Positions 9,116 to 17,783 of a stretch of DNA of 23,194 bases are shown here, one piece after another. The stretch lies in NCBI GenBank assembly GCA_050293845.1, contig JBNKNM010000076.1, positions 1-23,194 on the forward strand, in the 5' to 3' direction. Source of the DNA: Pseudobacteriovorax sp. (GTDB lineage: Bacteria; Bdellovibrionota_B; Oligoflexia; Oligoflexales; Oligoflexaceae). The notes below the pieces were generated by a model. That model made no database searches, was not told where the DNA came from, and saw nothing but the letters and a program-made list of their open reading frames with translations. Within the stretch, counting starts at the first letter, position 1. Each line of letters starts with the position of its first letter. Both the position numbers and the translations under genes were made by a program.

Positions 9116-11359
9116 ATGAGCAATAAACTACAAACGCAAATTGAAAAGATATTTCAAAAGTATAAAGTTCCCGGACTTTCTATAGCTACAATCAAGGGCC
9201 AACCTTGCCACTGCCAAGCAACATTACAATGGGGAAATCATAGAAAAGGGGGTTCTGCTGTTGAAGCAGCCACGCGTTTTCAAATGGCTTCCCTTAGCAA
9301 AACCGTAGCGACAGCTTTTGCCATAGAGCTTTTTGCTAGCTTGGGAATTAGCATGGAAGAAAGCGTCAACGATCTCCTAAAAAAATATGGCAGCCAATAC
9401 CTATTAAAAGCAGCACCGGGCTCTAACCCCGCATGGGCTGATTCAGTCAAAATTAATCAACTTATGAATCATACAGCCTTGGGAATGCACTATGTTGCAG
9501 GGCACCCTTTGGGAAACTGTCCTTCCAGCTTAGCCCTACTTGAGGGAGCGGCTGGTAGCGCAGCTATTTTAGTAGCGAAAGAACCTGGGAAAATATTTTC
9601 CTATTCGGGAGGAGGGTTCATTCTTCTCCAGTATATCCTGGAACTCATCACCCAGGAAAATACCGAGAGTATGATGAGGTCTTTCCTTGATGGGGTTGGC
9701 TTAAAGAATTTTCATTTCGAACCTCAACGCGATGGTATTTATGCCTGGGGTTATCGTGACAATGGCGATGCTATTGAAAATGGACGGCTTACCTTCCCTG
9801 CATTGGCCGCAGGAGGGGAAGGAAGTCCCGAAACCTTTGCTCAGTTCCTATGTCATCTGGTGAACGCCTACCATAATGTCTCTGGTTCAGGAGCATTGAG
9901 TCATAATACGGCCGTACAAATGCTATACCCTGGGAGGGACCGGGGGAGTCTCGCGTTTATGGGGGCTTATATGGGTCTGGGGGTCTTTATCGCCGAGGCT
10001 GGAGATAATCGGATAGCATTGCATCAAGCAGCGAATGACGGTTTTCGCGGTTTATACGCTATATGCTTTGAGGGAGTAAACTGTGGAGATGGCTTTGTCA
10101 TTACCAGTAATAGTGATCATCAAGCTATGCTGCTTAATTGTGAGGTAGCGAGATTTTTACTTCAAGATTGGCAGGGAATTACTTTGGGAGATATGAATCT
10201 CCATTTAGATGGCGATAAGCAGGAAGAAATTGTAAATTTGGGAATAAAGGCCGCACTAACAGATTTTTTTGAACCTCGCTTGCCCGAGCGTCCTAAATCG
10301 AAGGGGCCAAAAAGCGATCTTTCACGCTTTAACAAGGTTATGGGGGCAAAGATCTTATATTGCAGTGGTCAGCAGTTTGCAAGGGCGGAAAACTTGTTTA
10401 GTCCTTATGATCCTGTTTTCGATCCCTTAGAATTTGGGGTGTCTGGAAAAATTATGGATAGTTGGGAAAGTCAGCGGCATAATACGGAAACAGAGGAGTT
10501 CGTTATCTTCGAACTTTCCCATCCGGTTTCATGTGATTTGGTACAAATATCAACAAAATTTCACGATGGAAATCATTGTGAAGCAGCTTCCCTAGATGCT
10601 TGGGATTATGACCAAAATATTTGGATATCCTTGCTGTCAACCCATAAATTGTTTGGCCATAGTGAACACTGGTTTAAGCTAGTACCAACAGCACAGAAAT
10701 CATGGTCTCGATTTAAGCTATCAGGTTATCCAGACGGGGGAATATCTCGTATAGGTCTTTATCGTAAACAGGAACTTGCATCAGAAATGTTGCAAGTTTC
10801 TAATTGGGGTAGCGATTACCCCCTTGTTACGAGATACCAGGAACCCATTCCCAAAGCACCGGCAAAGCATATTAAAGTACTTACAATAGATGAGGAGCAG
10901 ATCTTAAAATTTTGGCAACAGCATCATGAAACCATAAATGTAGCCTCCGCATTAAGCGGTGCAAAAATATCGGCTTGCAGCGATCAACATTATGGCCCTG
11001 CCCATCATATACTATCTCCCGAAAGTCCCCAGGGTATGTTCGATGGTCTAGAAACCAAAAGAAGTCGCGGGGAGCATCACGAATTTGTGACGGTGCTTTT
11101 GAATAGACCTTGCGATATTGTCGAACTTGAATTTGATTTTTCTTATTTTATTTTTAACAATCCTTTATATTTGGATGTTTGTGGAGAAGTAGCGGGGGAG
11201 TGGCAAACTCTGGTTCCGCAAACTAATGTTAAAGCCTGGCGCGGTAACTTGCTGCGGCTACCTTGTAAGGTCTATGGAGTTAAGCTGTTGCGAATCAAAC
11301 TCTACCCGGATGGCGGCCTTAATCGCTTTCGGGCCTATGGCCAGGCTTCCGTAGGTTAA
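9116..11359 (+). CDS. alc: Fusion protein: N-terminal beta-lactamase/serine-hydrolase domain (~aa 1-355) and C-terminal allantoicase (two repeats, ~aa 400-747)
   Basis: N-terminal domain: KVPGLSIA, FQMASLSK (S59xxK62), LMNHTA, EPGKIFSYSGGG (Y163), HQAANDGFR. C-terminal domain: GKIMDSWESQRH, HDGNH, YPDGGISRI, SDQHYG, MFDGLETKRSR, LYPDGGLNRFRAYG. Single uninterrupted reading frame. Confidence 0.85.
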   Translation: MSNKLQTQIEKIFQKYKVPGLSIATIKGQPCHCQATLQWGNHRKGGSAVEAATRFQMASLSKTVATAFAIELFASLGISMEESVNDLLKKYGSQYLLKAAPGSNPAWADSVKINQLMNHTALGMHYVAGHPLGNCPSSLALLEGAAGSAAILVAKEPGKIFSYSGGGFILLQYILELITQENTESMMRSFLDGVGLKNFHFEPQRDGIYAWGYRDNGDAIENGRLTFPALAAGGEGSPETFAQFLCHLVNAYHNVSGSGALSHNTAVQMLYPGRDRGSLAFMGAYMGLGVFIAEAGDNRIALHQAANDGFRGLYAICFEGVNCGDGFVITSNSDHQAMLLNCEVARFLLQDWQGITLGDMNLHLDGDKQEEIVNLGIKAALTDFFEPRLPERPKSKGPKSDLSRFNKVMGAKILYCSGQQFARAENLFSPYDPVFDPLEFGVSGKIMDSWESQRHNTETEEFVIFELSHPVSCDLVQISTKFHDGNHCEAASLDAWDYDQNIWISLLSTHKLFGHSEHWFKLVPTAQKSWSRFKLSGYPDGGISRIGLYRKQELASEMLQVSNWGSDYPLVTRYQEPIPKAPAKHIKVLTIDEEQILKFWQQHHETINVASALSGAKISACSDQHYGPAHHILSPESPQGMFDGLETKRSRGEHHEFVTVLLNRPCDIVELEFDFSYFIFNNPLYLDVCGEVAGEWQTLVPQTNVKAWRGNLLRLPCKVYGVKLLRIKLYPDGGLNRFRAYGQASVG

Positions 11360-11381
11360 ATAAATTATTGTCATATCAAGT

Positions 11382-11894
11382 TTAGCTTTGGGCTAATTTT
11401 TTCAATCTTAACCTTGTTATTTTAAGCTGCTCTTGAGCTGCCGTTTCAAGTTCTTGTGAGCGAGGGTTTGGGAGGCGAGCTTTTAAGGCTTTTAGCATTT
11501 CTGAAGCAGATTTCTCTGTAGCACAGATGATGAAGATAAAGCCAAATTTGTTCTTGTACTCTCGATTTAAAGCTGCCAATTGATTTAAGGTTGATAAATC
11601 AGCATAGCGGACTTGAGACTGTTCTTCACTGGCAAATGGGGCTGTTGCGGAAAATTTTTGTTGTAGATCACTGACATTGCCTATTTCGGGGTGTTCTGCG
11701 AAGGCTTCCAACCAATCACTTTCAGCAAGCTGACCCGCCGCTTGTTCCATAGCCTCAAATAAATCCTCATCTGTTGCAAAAGGGAACCTTTTTGCCATCG
11801 CATCGACCCATCTATGACTGGAGCAGCAGTGATATAGGGTTTCTTTCAAGGTATGGGGGGGGAGATTTTCTAGTACTGCGCAGATATCCTTCAT
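11382..11894 (-). CDS. uraD: OHCU (2-oxo-4-hydroxy-4-carboxy-5-ureidoimidazoline) decarboxylase
   Basis: CCSSHRWV...RFPF, WLEAFAEHPEIG, SEEQS, LNREYKNKFGFIFIICAT and EQLKITRLRL motifs. Confidence 0.93.
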   Translation of the reverse strand: MKDICAVLENLPPHTLKETLYHCCSSHRWVDAMAKRFPFATDEDLFEAMEQAAGQLAESDWLEAFAEHPEIGNVSDLQQKFSATAPFASEEQSQVRYADLSTLNQLAALNREYKNKFGFIFIICATEKSASEMLKALKARLPNPRSQELETAAQEQLKITRLRLKKLAQS

Positions 11895-11936
11895 AAGCTT
11901 GCCTTTTTTGTTATCAAGTTCTACAGAACCTCTCTT

Positions 11937-13154
11937 TTACGGTGATTCTTTTCCACTCTCATGTTGTCTTATTGTATGGTACCATGCGGCAATAACATCA
12001 CGTTCCTCCTGGGTCATCTTTGTGATATTGCCAAGGGGCATGGCCTTATTCTGACAAGTTTGAATAAAGATCTGTACCGCATAGCGATTAATATCAGCGT
12101 AACTTTCAAAACTGATGCCCTTTGGGGGCGATGGGATGAGTTCTGGCTGCTTGGCATGGCATCCATAGCAGCGCTTATGAATGATTTCTGTTATGGCAGA
12201 ATTACTAACGACTGAACCTGGTAAGGAAGTCATGGAACCTGTAGTGATTTCACGAGGTCGCACTAGGATCATGACGAGCACTATCGCTATGAGAGCTAAT
12301 ACAATGAGTTCCCAGCGATTTATACTGCGGTGACGCATAATAAAATACTGTCGTATAAGGACTCCAGCTGCCATCATGAAAAGGAGAGCCAACCAATTAT
12401 ATTCATGTAAGGATAAAAAGCTAAAATGATTCGATATCATGCAAAACAGCACAGGTAGAGTGAAGTAGGTGTTATGAACACTGCGTTGTTTGCCGCGCTG
12501 ACCATATCTAGGGTTGGGAGCGTCTCCTGCTTTCATAGCCGCCAATACTTTTCTTTGACCCGGAATAATCCAAACCAATACATTAGCGCTCATGATGGTT
12601 GCCATACTTGCGCCCGTAATTAAGAAAGCAGCTCTCCCGGGAAATAGGTGGCAAGAGACGATTGAGAGGATAATAATATAGATGATAATAGATAGGTTTA
12701 AAATACGGCTCCGGTCAATAAATAGCCGGCATATCATATCGTAGATGACCCATGAAAATACGAGCAAGGAAAGGGCTATCACCACAGCCTGTGTCACAGT
12801 CATGGGGAACAGGGTGGGATCTATCAAAAAAGCTTTGGCATTAAGCAGATAAACCAGTAAAAAAAGCCCGAATCCGGACATCCAGGTTCCATAGGATTCC
12901 CAATAAAACCAGTGGAGGTTTTTCGGAAGGGTTTTAGGAGCTAGTAAATATTTATGGGAGTTATAGAATCCGCCACCGTGAACGGCCCAAAGCTCCCCAT
13001 GGACCCCCCTATCTATAAGATTCTGGGTATGGGGTTTTTCAAGATGATTATCAAGCCAAACGAAGTAAAATGAGGCTCCAATCCAAGCGATAGCAGTTAT
13101 TATATGAGCCCATCGAGTGATCAGATAAAGCCAGTCAAGTATATATGATTCCAC
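11937..13154 (-). CDS. puuD: Membrane urate hydroxylase with C-terminal cytochrome c domain (COG3748)
   Basis: RWAHIITAIAWIGASFYFVWLDNHL, GELWAVHGGGFY, LHWFYWESY.TWMSGF, IMSANV..IIPGQR, KQRSVHNTYFTLPVLF.MISNH, CYGCH heme motif and MPLGNITKMT. GTG start with SD AGGGG. Confidence 0.93.
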   Translation of the reverse strand: MESYILDWLYLITRWAHIITAIAWIGASFYFVWLDNHLEKPHTQNLIDRGVHGELWAVHGGGFYNSHKYLLAPKTLPKNLHWFYWESYGTWMSGFGLFLLVYLLNAKAFLIDPTLFPMTVTQAVVIALSLLVFSWVIYDMICRLFIDRSRILNLSIIIYIIILSIVSCHLFPGRAAFLITGASMATIMSANVLVWIIPGQRKVLAAMKAGDAPNPRYGQRGKQRSVHNTYFTLPVLFCMISNHFSFLSLHEYNWLALLFMMAAGVLIRQYFIMRHRSINRWELIVLALIAIVLVMILVRPREITTGSMTSLPGSVVSNSAITEIIHKRCYGCHAKQPELIPSPPKGISFESYADINRYAVQIFIQTCQNKAMPLGNITKMTQEERDVIAAWYHTIRQHESGKESP

Positions 13155-13170
13155 TTGTATACTATCCCCT

Positions 13171-13527
13171 TTAGCTACCGCGATAAGTAGAATAAGACCA
13201 TGGCGATACTAATAATGGGATATGATAGTTTTCATCAGGACGGGTAACACAAAAACGAATAGTAACAATATCTAAAAAGGGAGGTTGCGACTGTGGAATT
13301 GGTTGACGAGCAAAGTAAGAGCTGACATCAAAACAAAGTTCGTAGATACCAGACTGCAATAATCCATTTTTTAGTAGAGCCTGGTCAGTTCTGCCATTGT
13401 CATTAGTGACAAACTTGCCCAAAACCTCTCGACTTTGATCCTTCAGGATACGCACCAATTGTACTGATAAGCCATCAGCGGGTTTTCCTGATGCGGTATC
13501 GAGGACGTGAGTTGTCAATTGACTCAT
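13171..13527 (-). CDS. uraH: 5-hydroxyisourate hydrolase (transthyretin-like)
   Basis: LTTHVLDT..GKPA, TNDNGR, YHIPLLVSPWSYSTYRGS (C-terminal YRGS signature). Confidence 0.96.
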   Translation of the reverse strand: MSQLTTHVLDTASGKPADGLSVQLVRILKDQSREVLGKFVTNDNGRTDQALLKNGLLQSGIYELCFDVSSYFARQPIPQSQPPFLDIVTIRFCVTRPDENYHIPLLVSPWSYSTYRGS

Positions 13528-13534
13528 CGTCTAT

Positions 13535-13635
13535 CTCCCTATAGCAGGTAAATCCGCGCCGCTGCCTTCACAACCTTTCGTTGCTCGGTACGCCTCGCAC
13601 TACGCATCCCGGCGCTTGAAATGTGCGTTTTGCTA
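13535..13635 (-). promoter_or_regulatory. GC-rich structured 5' leader of uraH-puuD-uraD (candidate cis-regulatory RNA or degenerate palindromic repeat)
   Basis: Nested complementarity: UAGCA/UGCUA, GCGCCG/CGGCGC, CAAC-GAAAG-GUUG and GG(A)UGCG/CGUACC. It begins at the predicted TSS and ends beside the SD AGGGAG (13540-13535). Confidence 0.45.
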
Positions 13636-13637
13636 AA

Positions 13638-13666
13638 AAGCTAAACGGCAATTTTGTGTTTGTCAA
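13638..13666 (-). promoter_or_regulatory. Putative sigma70 promoter for uraH-puuD-uraD
   Basis: Minus strand TTGACA (13666-13661), 17-nt spacer, TAGCTT (13643-13638), with an AT-rich upstream element. Confidence 0.6.
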
Positions 13667-13889
13667 TTTAAAATGTTTTGAGAGGTAACAAAAATGAAGT
13701 GTTTTTATATGAAAATCTCGATATTTACAGAAATACTCCGCAAGAAAAAGCTTGAAGAGAACTTGAATTTGATTTAGCCTTGGCTCGCTTTTACAGTTTT
13801 ACCTAACCTTAGGATTCTCTAAAGCTATAACCGGGTAGGGATTTCGATAAGGCCGAAATCAAAACTGTGATGGTCTTTGCCCCAAAGGT

Positions 13890-13917
13890 TTGCTTAACTC
13901 CTACTCACATATAGAAT
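13890..13917 (+). promoter_or_regulatory. Possible sigma70 promoter for xdhABC
   Basis: TTGCTT (13890-13895), 16-nt spacer, TAGAAT (13912-13917), 70 nt before the xdhA start. Confidence 0.35.
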
Positions 13918-13987
13918 AAAATATGCGGGAATAACTGTTTTCAGTGGTATCCCAGTTTCGGGAAGTCTTGTTCACGGAGGATAGATC

Positions 13988-15415
13988 GTGAGAGATTATG
14001 TTCTTATATATATTAATGGAAAGCGCTACACCATTATTGGTGACAAAGCTTTTCAATCACTAGCATATTATCTTAGAAATGAAGCGAGTTTAACAGGTAC
14101 TAAGATTGTTTGTGCAGAGGGTGATTGCGGATCTTGTACTGTTTTAAGGGCTTTTGAGCTCGATAAAACTGATCGATTATACTATGAAACTATTAACTCT
14201 TGTATTGCTCCAATCTATAGTCTTGATGGAGCGAGCATCGTGACTGTAGAGGGGGTGTCTCAAGATCAAAAGCTTTCTCCCATTCAAAGGGCCATGGTGG
14301 AACACCATGGCTCACAATGTGGTTTCTGTACTCCGGGCTTTGTGTGCAGTCTTACAGCCTTGTTTGAGCACAAGGATCATCCTTCAGAAAAATCTATAAA
14401 AAACTACTGTACAGGAAACCTTTGCCGCTGTACCGGCTATAGATCCATTATTGACGCTGCAAAAAGTGTTGACCCTTCCCAAGTTATAAGATTGAAAGAT
14501 CGTTATCATAGTCACGAACTATGGGAAGATATCAAGAAGCACAAAAAGATACCGATGCAGATCAGCTATGATGGGGTGACTTTTTATGGTCCGAAGTCTC
14601 TTCATCAGGCCTTAGAGTTAAAGAAAAAGCACGCTGATGCTATTCTATTTGCAGGGGGGACTGACTTAGGTGTGCAGATCAATAAACGCCGAGCCCATTT
14701 TCGGGACATCATCTGTTTAAACGGTGTGGAAGAGTTGCAGAAAATTGAAGAAGATAAGCAGGCTATTTTTATGGGTGCTGGTGTTCGTTTTACTGATTTT
14801 GAAAAAATAATTGCGAGGAGTATTCCTGAGCTTTGTCGTTTTATAAGGGTTTTCGCTTCAGGCCAAATTAAAAATGCAGCGACGCTTATCGGAAATATTG
14901 CCAACGCATCTCCCATTGGTGACTCGATGCCTGCCTTGCTGGTCTTAGATAGTACATTAGAGATTCAATCCTTGAAAGGGCAACGCAAGCTGAGTTTGAA
15001 AGATTTATATAATGGGTACAAAACCTTGAATTTAGACACCGATGAAATTATTACTGGGGTGCATATTAATAAGCCAAAGAAGAGCTCAGTGTTTAAGCTG
15101 TATAAAGTTGCCAAACGTAAGGATCTGGATATTTCAACTGTTAGTTCAGCTCTTTACATAGAGCTCGATAGAAAAGTCATTACTAAGGTGCGCTTAGCAT
15201 ATGGTGGAGTCGCCGCTTACCCCTTGCGGATCTCTCAGATTGAAAATCATTTAGTGGGAAAATCTTTTACGCAAAAAAGTTTTAACCAGGCGGCACAGAT
15301 GGTAGGTCAGGTGATGCAGCCACTATCAGATCATCGGGGTAGTGCACGTTATCGATTAGATCTAGCTGCAAACTTAATCCGTAGGTCTTTCTTTGAATCG
15401 AAGATGGAGGGCTAA
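13988..15415 (+). CDS. xdhA: Xanthine dehydrogenase small subunit (2x[2Fe-2S] + FAD)
   Basis: GTKIVCAEGDCGSCTV, INSCI, HGSQCGFCTPGF, GNLCRCTGY, FAGGTDLG, QIKNAATLIGNIANASPIGD and YKVAKRKDLDIS. GTG start with SD GGAGG. Confidence 0.96.
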   Translation: MRDYVLIYINGKRYTIIGDKAFQSLAYYLRNEASLTGTKIVCAEGDCGSCTVLRAFELDKTDRLYYETINSCIAPIYSLDGASIVTVEGVSQDQKLSPIQRAMVEHHGSQCGFCTPGFVCSLTALFEHKDHPSEKSIKNYCTGNLCRCTGYRSIIDAAKSVDPSQVIRLKDRYHSHELWEDIKKHKKIPMQISYDGVTFYGPKSLHQALELKKKHADAILFAGGTDLGVQINKRRAHFRDIICLNGVEELQKIEEDKQAIFMGAGVRFTDFEKIIARSIPELCRFIRVFASGQIKNAATLIGNIANASPIGDSMPALLVLDSTLEIQSLKGQRKLSLKDLYNGYKTLNLDTDEIITGVHINKPKKSSVFKLYKVAKRKDLDISTVSSALYIELDRKVITKVRLAYGGVAAYPLRISQIENHLVGKSFTQKSFNQAAQMVGQVMQPLSDHRGSARYRLDLAANLIRRSFFESKMEG

Positions 15416-15419
15416 TTTT

Positions 15420-17783
15420 GTGAAAATCTCTGCACCCCATGACTCTGCTAAGACTCATGTCACCGGGCTTTCACAGTTTATAGAAGATTACCCTCCCATT
15501 CGAGGGGAGCTTTACATCGGTATCGCTACCAGCCCCGTAGCGCGAGGGCAATTGCAAGATATTGATTTTAGTGAAGCTGCAAAAATGGATGGTGTCCATA
15601 GTTTTTATAAGGCTTCCGACTTTCAGCATAACTGCTGGGGAGCTAATGTAAAGGATCAACCAATTCTAGCTTCAGAGCAAATCTCCTATGTTGGTGAACC
15701 TATCGCTTTAGTTGCTGCCGTTAACCAACAAGTCGCTGATAGGGCAGCTGAAAAAATTAAGCTAATGATAGAGAAACAAGATGCCATACTGACTATTAAG
15801 GAAGCCCGCAGGCAGGGTTCATTTTTTCAAGAGCCAGTTATCTATCAATGTGGGAATTTCAAGGAAGTTCTGGAGCAGGCTCCCCATGTTCTGGAGGGAG
15901 CCTTTTATTGCAAGGGACAGGATCATTTTTATCTTGAATCTCAAAGTGTTATAACCTTTCCCGATGAGAATGACGAGCTGTTAGTCCATTCCTCAACGCA
16001 ACATCCGTCTGAAGTTCAGCATGTGGTCGCCCATAGTTTGGGGCTGTCTCTGAATCAAGTGGTGTGTCAAGTAAAACGTATGGGGGGAGCGTTCGGGGGG
16101 AAAGAATCGCAGGCTAGTCACTATGCTGCTCTGTGCGCCTTGGTGAGTCATAAAACCAAGAAAATAGCCCGTCTGCACCTGTCCAAGGACGATGACATGA
16201 TCGCCACTGGTAAGCGCCATCCTTTCCTTAGTGAGTATAGGGTAGGTTTTGATAAAGAAGGGAGTATTCAGTTTCTGGATGTGAAATTATTCAGCAATGG
16301 TGGAGCCTTCTTAGATCTTTCTGCTCCCGTGTTGCAACGGGCTATGCTCCATATAGATAACGCTTACTTTCTCCCTCATGCGCGTATTGCTGGGCGTGTA
16401 TGCCGCACAAATCTACCTCCGAACACTGCATTTCGTGGTTTTGGAGGTCCTCAAGGTGTTGGGGTGATCGAAAATATTATGGAAGAAATAGCCACTTTTT
16501 TAAATGTGGACCCCTTACTAATTAGAGAAAGAAATCTTTATGGTACCCAAGGCAGAAACCGAACTCATTATGGACAGATTGTCGAAAATAATACTCTACC
16601 ACAGCTGTTTTCACAGCTCGCTGCTCAATGTCAGTATTATCAAAGACAAGAGGACATCCGGGTTTTCAATTGCAAAAACAGGGGTTGTGTAAGGGGGTTG
16701 GCGTTAACACCTGTTAAGTTTGGAATTTCCTTCACCTTAAAGCATCTCAATCAGGCTAATGCTCTCGTTAATGTTCATATGGATGGAACAGTACAGGTTT
16801 CCACTGGCGCGACTGAAATGGGGCAGGGGGTGAACATAAAGATAGCACAGATAGTTGCCGATGTATTTGGCATCGATGTCAATCAAGTCAGAATCATGGC
16901 GACTTCGACTGAAAAAAATCACAATACATCGGCGACAGCCGCATCGAGTGGCTCGGATCTCAATGGTTCAGCGGCCAGGGAAGCGGCAAGTCTCATTAAG
17001 AGACGGCTTGCGAAATATGCTTCCTACTATTTATCCTGTACTAAGCAGCAAAAGCCTGATCCTATCAGTTCGGGTAGGGAATTTGGTGACGATAGTTATG
17101 AAAGTTTTCCGGAAGTTTGTTTTCATCAGGGGCAGGTTTTTTTGAAACATAAACCTAAAGAAAAATTGAGTTTTCCAAAACTTATTAAACTTGCCTACAC
17201 TAATCGTATTTCTTTAGGGGCGTATGGCCACTATAAAACTAAGAATATTCATTTTGACCGCAGCAAAGGCCAAGGATCACCTTTTTTGTACTTTACCAAT
17301 GGTGTGGGGGCTAGCGAGGTGGAAATCAATGAGTACACAGGGGAGCTAAAAGTTTTACGGGTAGATATCCTTATGGATTTGGGGCGCCCTCTTAATGTCG
17401 GAGTAGACTACGGGCAAATTGCAGGGGGATTTATTCAAGGCATGGGTTGGGTGACCTGTGAGGATTTGCACATCAGCAAGGATGGTAAGTACCTGACGCA
17501 TTCCCCTACAACCTACAAAATTCCAAATATTCAGGATATACCGCGATGTTTTAATATTGACTTAATCGAGAACAAAGGTAATTCAAAAAATATTCATGGT
17601 AGCAAAGCTGTAGGTGAGCCCCCATTTCTCTTAGCCTTATCGATTTGGGCCGCAGCAAAAAAAGCTGTAAAGTTTCGCAACCCGCAGCGAACTAGCACTA
17701 TGACGCTTCCCGCAACAAGTGAAGAAATTTTGCGTTTGTTAACTGATAGGGATGAGAATTATGAACCAGAAAGGCTTTTATAG
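15420..17783 (+). CDS. xdhB: Xanthine dehydrogenase molybdopterin-binding subunit
   Basis: PHDSA..HVTG, QDHFYLE, STQHPSEVQ, RMGGAFGGKE, TGKRHPF, AFRGFGGPQG, EMGQG, TAASSGSDLNG, GGFIQGMGW and SKAVGEPP. SD GGAGGG at 15406-15411 supports GTG15420 rather than 15393. Confidence 0.96.
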   Translation: MKISAPHDSAKTHVTGLSQFIEDYPPIRGELYIGIATSPVARGQLQDIDFSEAAKMDGVHSFYKASDFQHNCWGANVKDQPILASEQISYVGEPIALVAAVNQQVADRAAEKIKLMIEKQDAILTIKEARRQGSFFQEPVIYQCGNFKEVLEQAPHVLEGAFYCKGQDHFYLESQSVITFPDENDELLVHSSTQHPSEVQHVVAHSLGLSLNQVVCQVKRMGGAFGGKESQASHYAALCALVSHKTKKIARLHLSKDDDMIATGKRHPFLSEYRVGFDKEGSIQFLDVKLFSNGGAFLDLSAPVLQRAMLHIDNAYFLPHARIAGRVCRTNLPPNTAFRGFGGPQGVGVIENIMEEIATFLNVDPLLIRERNLYGTQGRNRTHYGQIVENNTLPQLFSQLAAQCQYYQRQEDIRVFNCKNRGCVRGLALTPVKFGISFTLKHLNQANALVNVHMDGTVQVSTGATEMGQGVNIKIAQIVADVFGIDVNQVRIMATSTEKNHNTSATAASSGSDLNGSAAREAASLIKRRLAKYASYYLSCTKQQKPDPISSGREFGDDSYESFPEVCFHQGQVFLKHKPKEKLSFPKLIKLAYTNRISLGAYGHYKTKNIHFDRSKGQGSPFLYFTNGVGASEVEINEYTGELKVLRVDILMDLGRPLNVGVDYGQIAGGFIQGMGWVTCEDLHISKDGKYLTHSPTTYKIPNIQDIPRCFNIDLIENKGNSKNIHGSKAVGEPPFLLALSIWAAAKKAVKFRNPQRTSTMTLPATSEEILRLLTDRDENYEPERLL

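Noticed and set aside
9116..10180. Antibiotic-resistance beta-lactamase
   Set aside because: No signal peptide, YSG and HQA instead of YxN and KTG motifs, fused to allantoicase and embedded in a catabolic operon.
13790..13965. Stem-loops upstream of xdhA (ACAGTTTT/AAAACTGT, GATTTCG/CGAAATC, GGGAATAACTG/CAGTGGTATCCC) as a Moco riboswitch
   Set aside because: The conserved Moco-RNA elements I recall (GGAAAC-loop stem, CCUCCCG) are absent, and much of the region lies upstream of the predicted promoter.
15393..15419. ORF-track start for xdhB
   Set aside because: This TTG start overlaps xdhA and lacks an SD; GTG15420 has GGAGGG at proper spacing.
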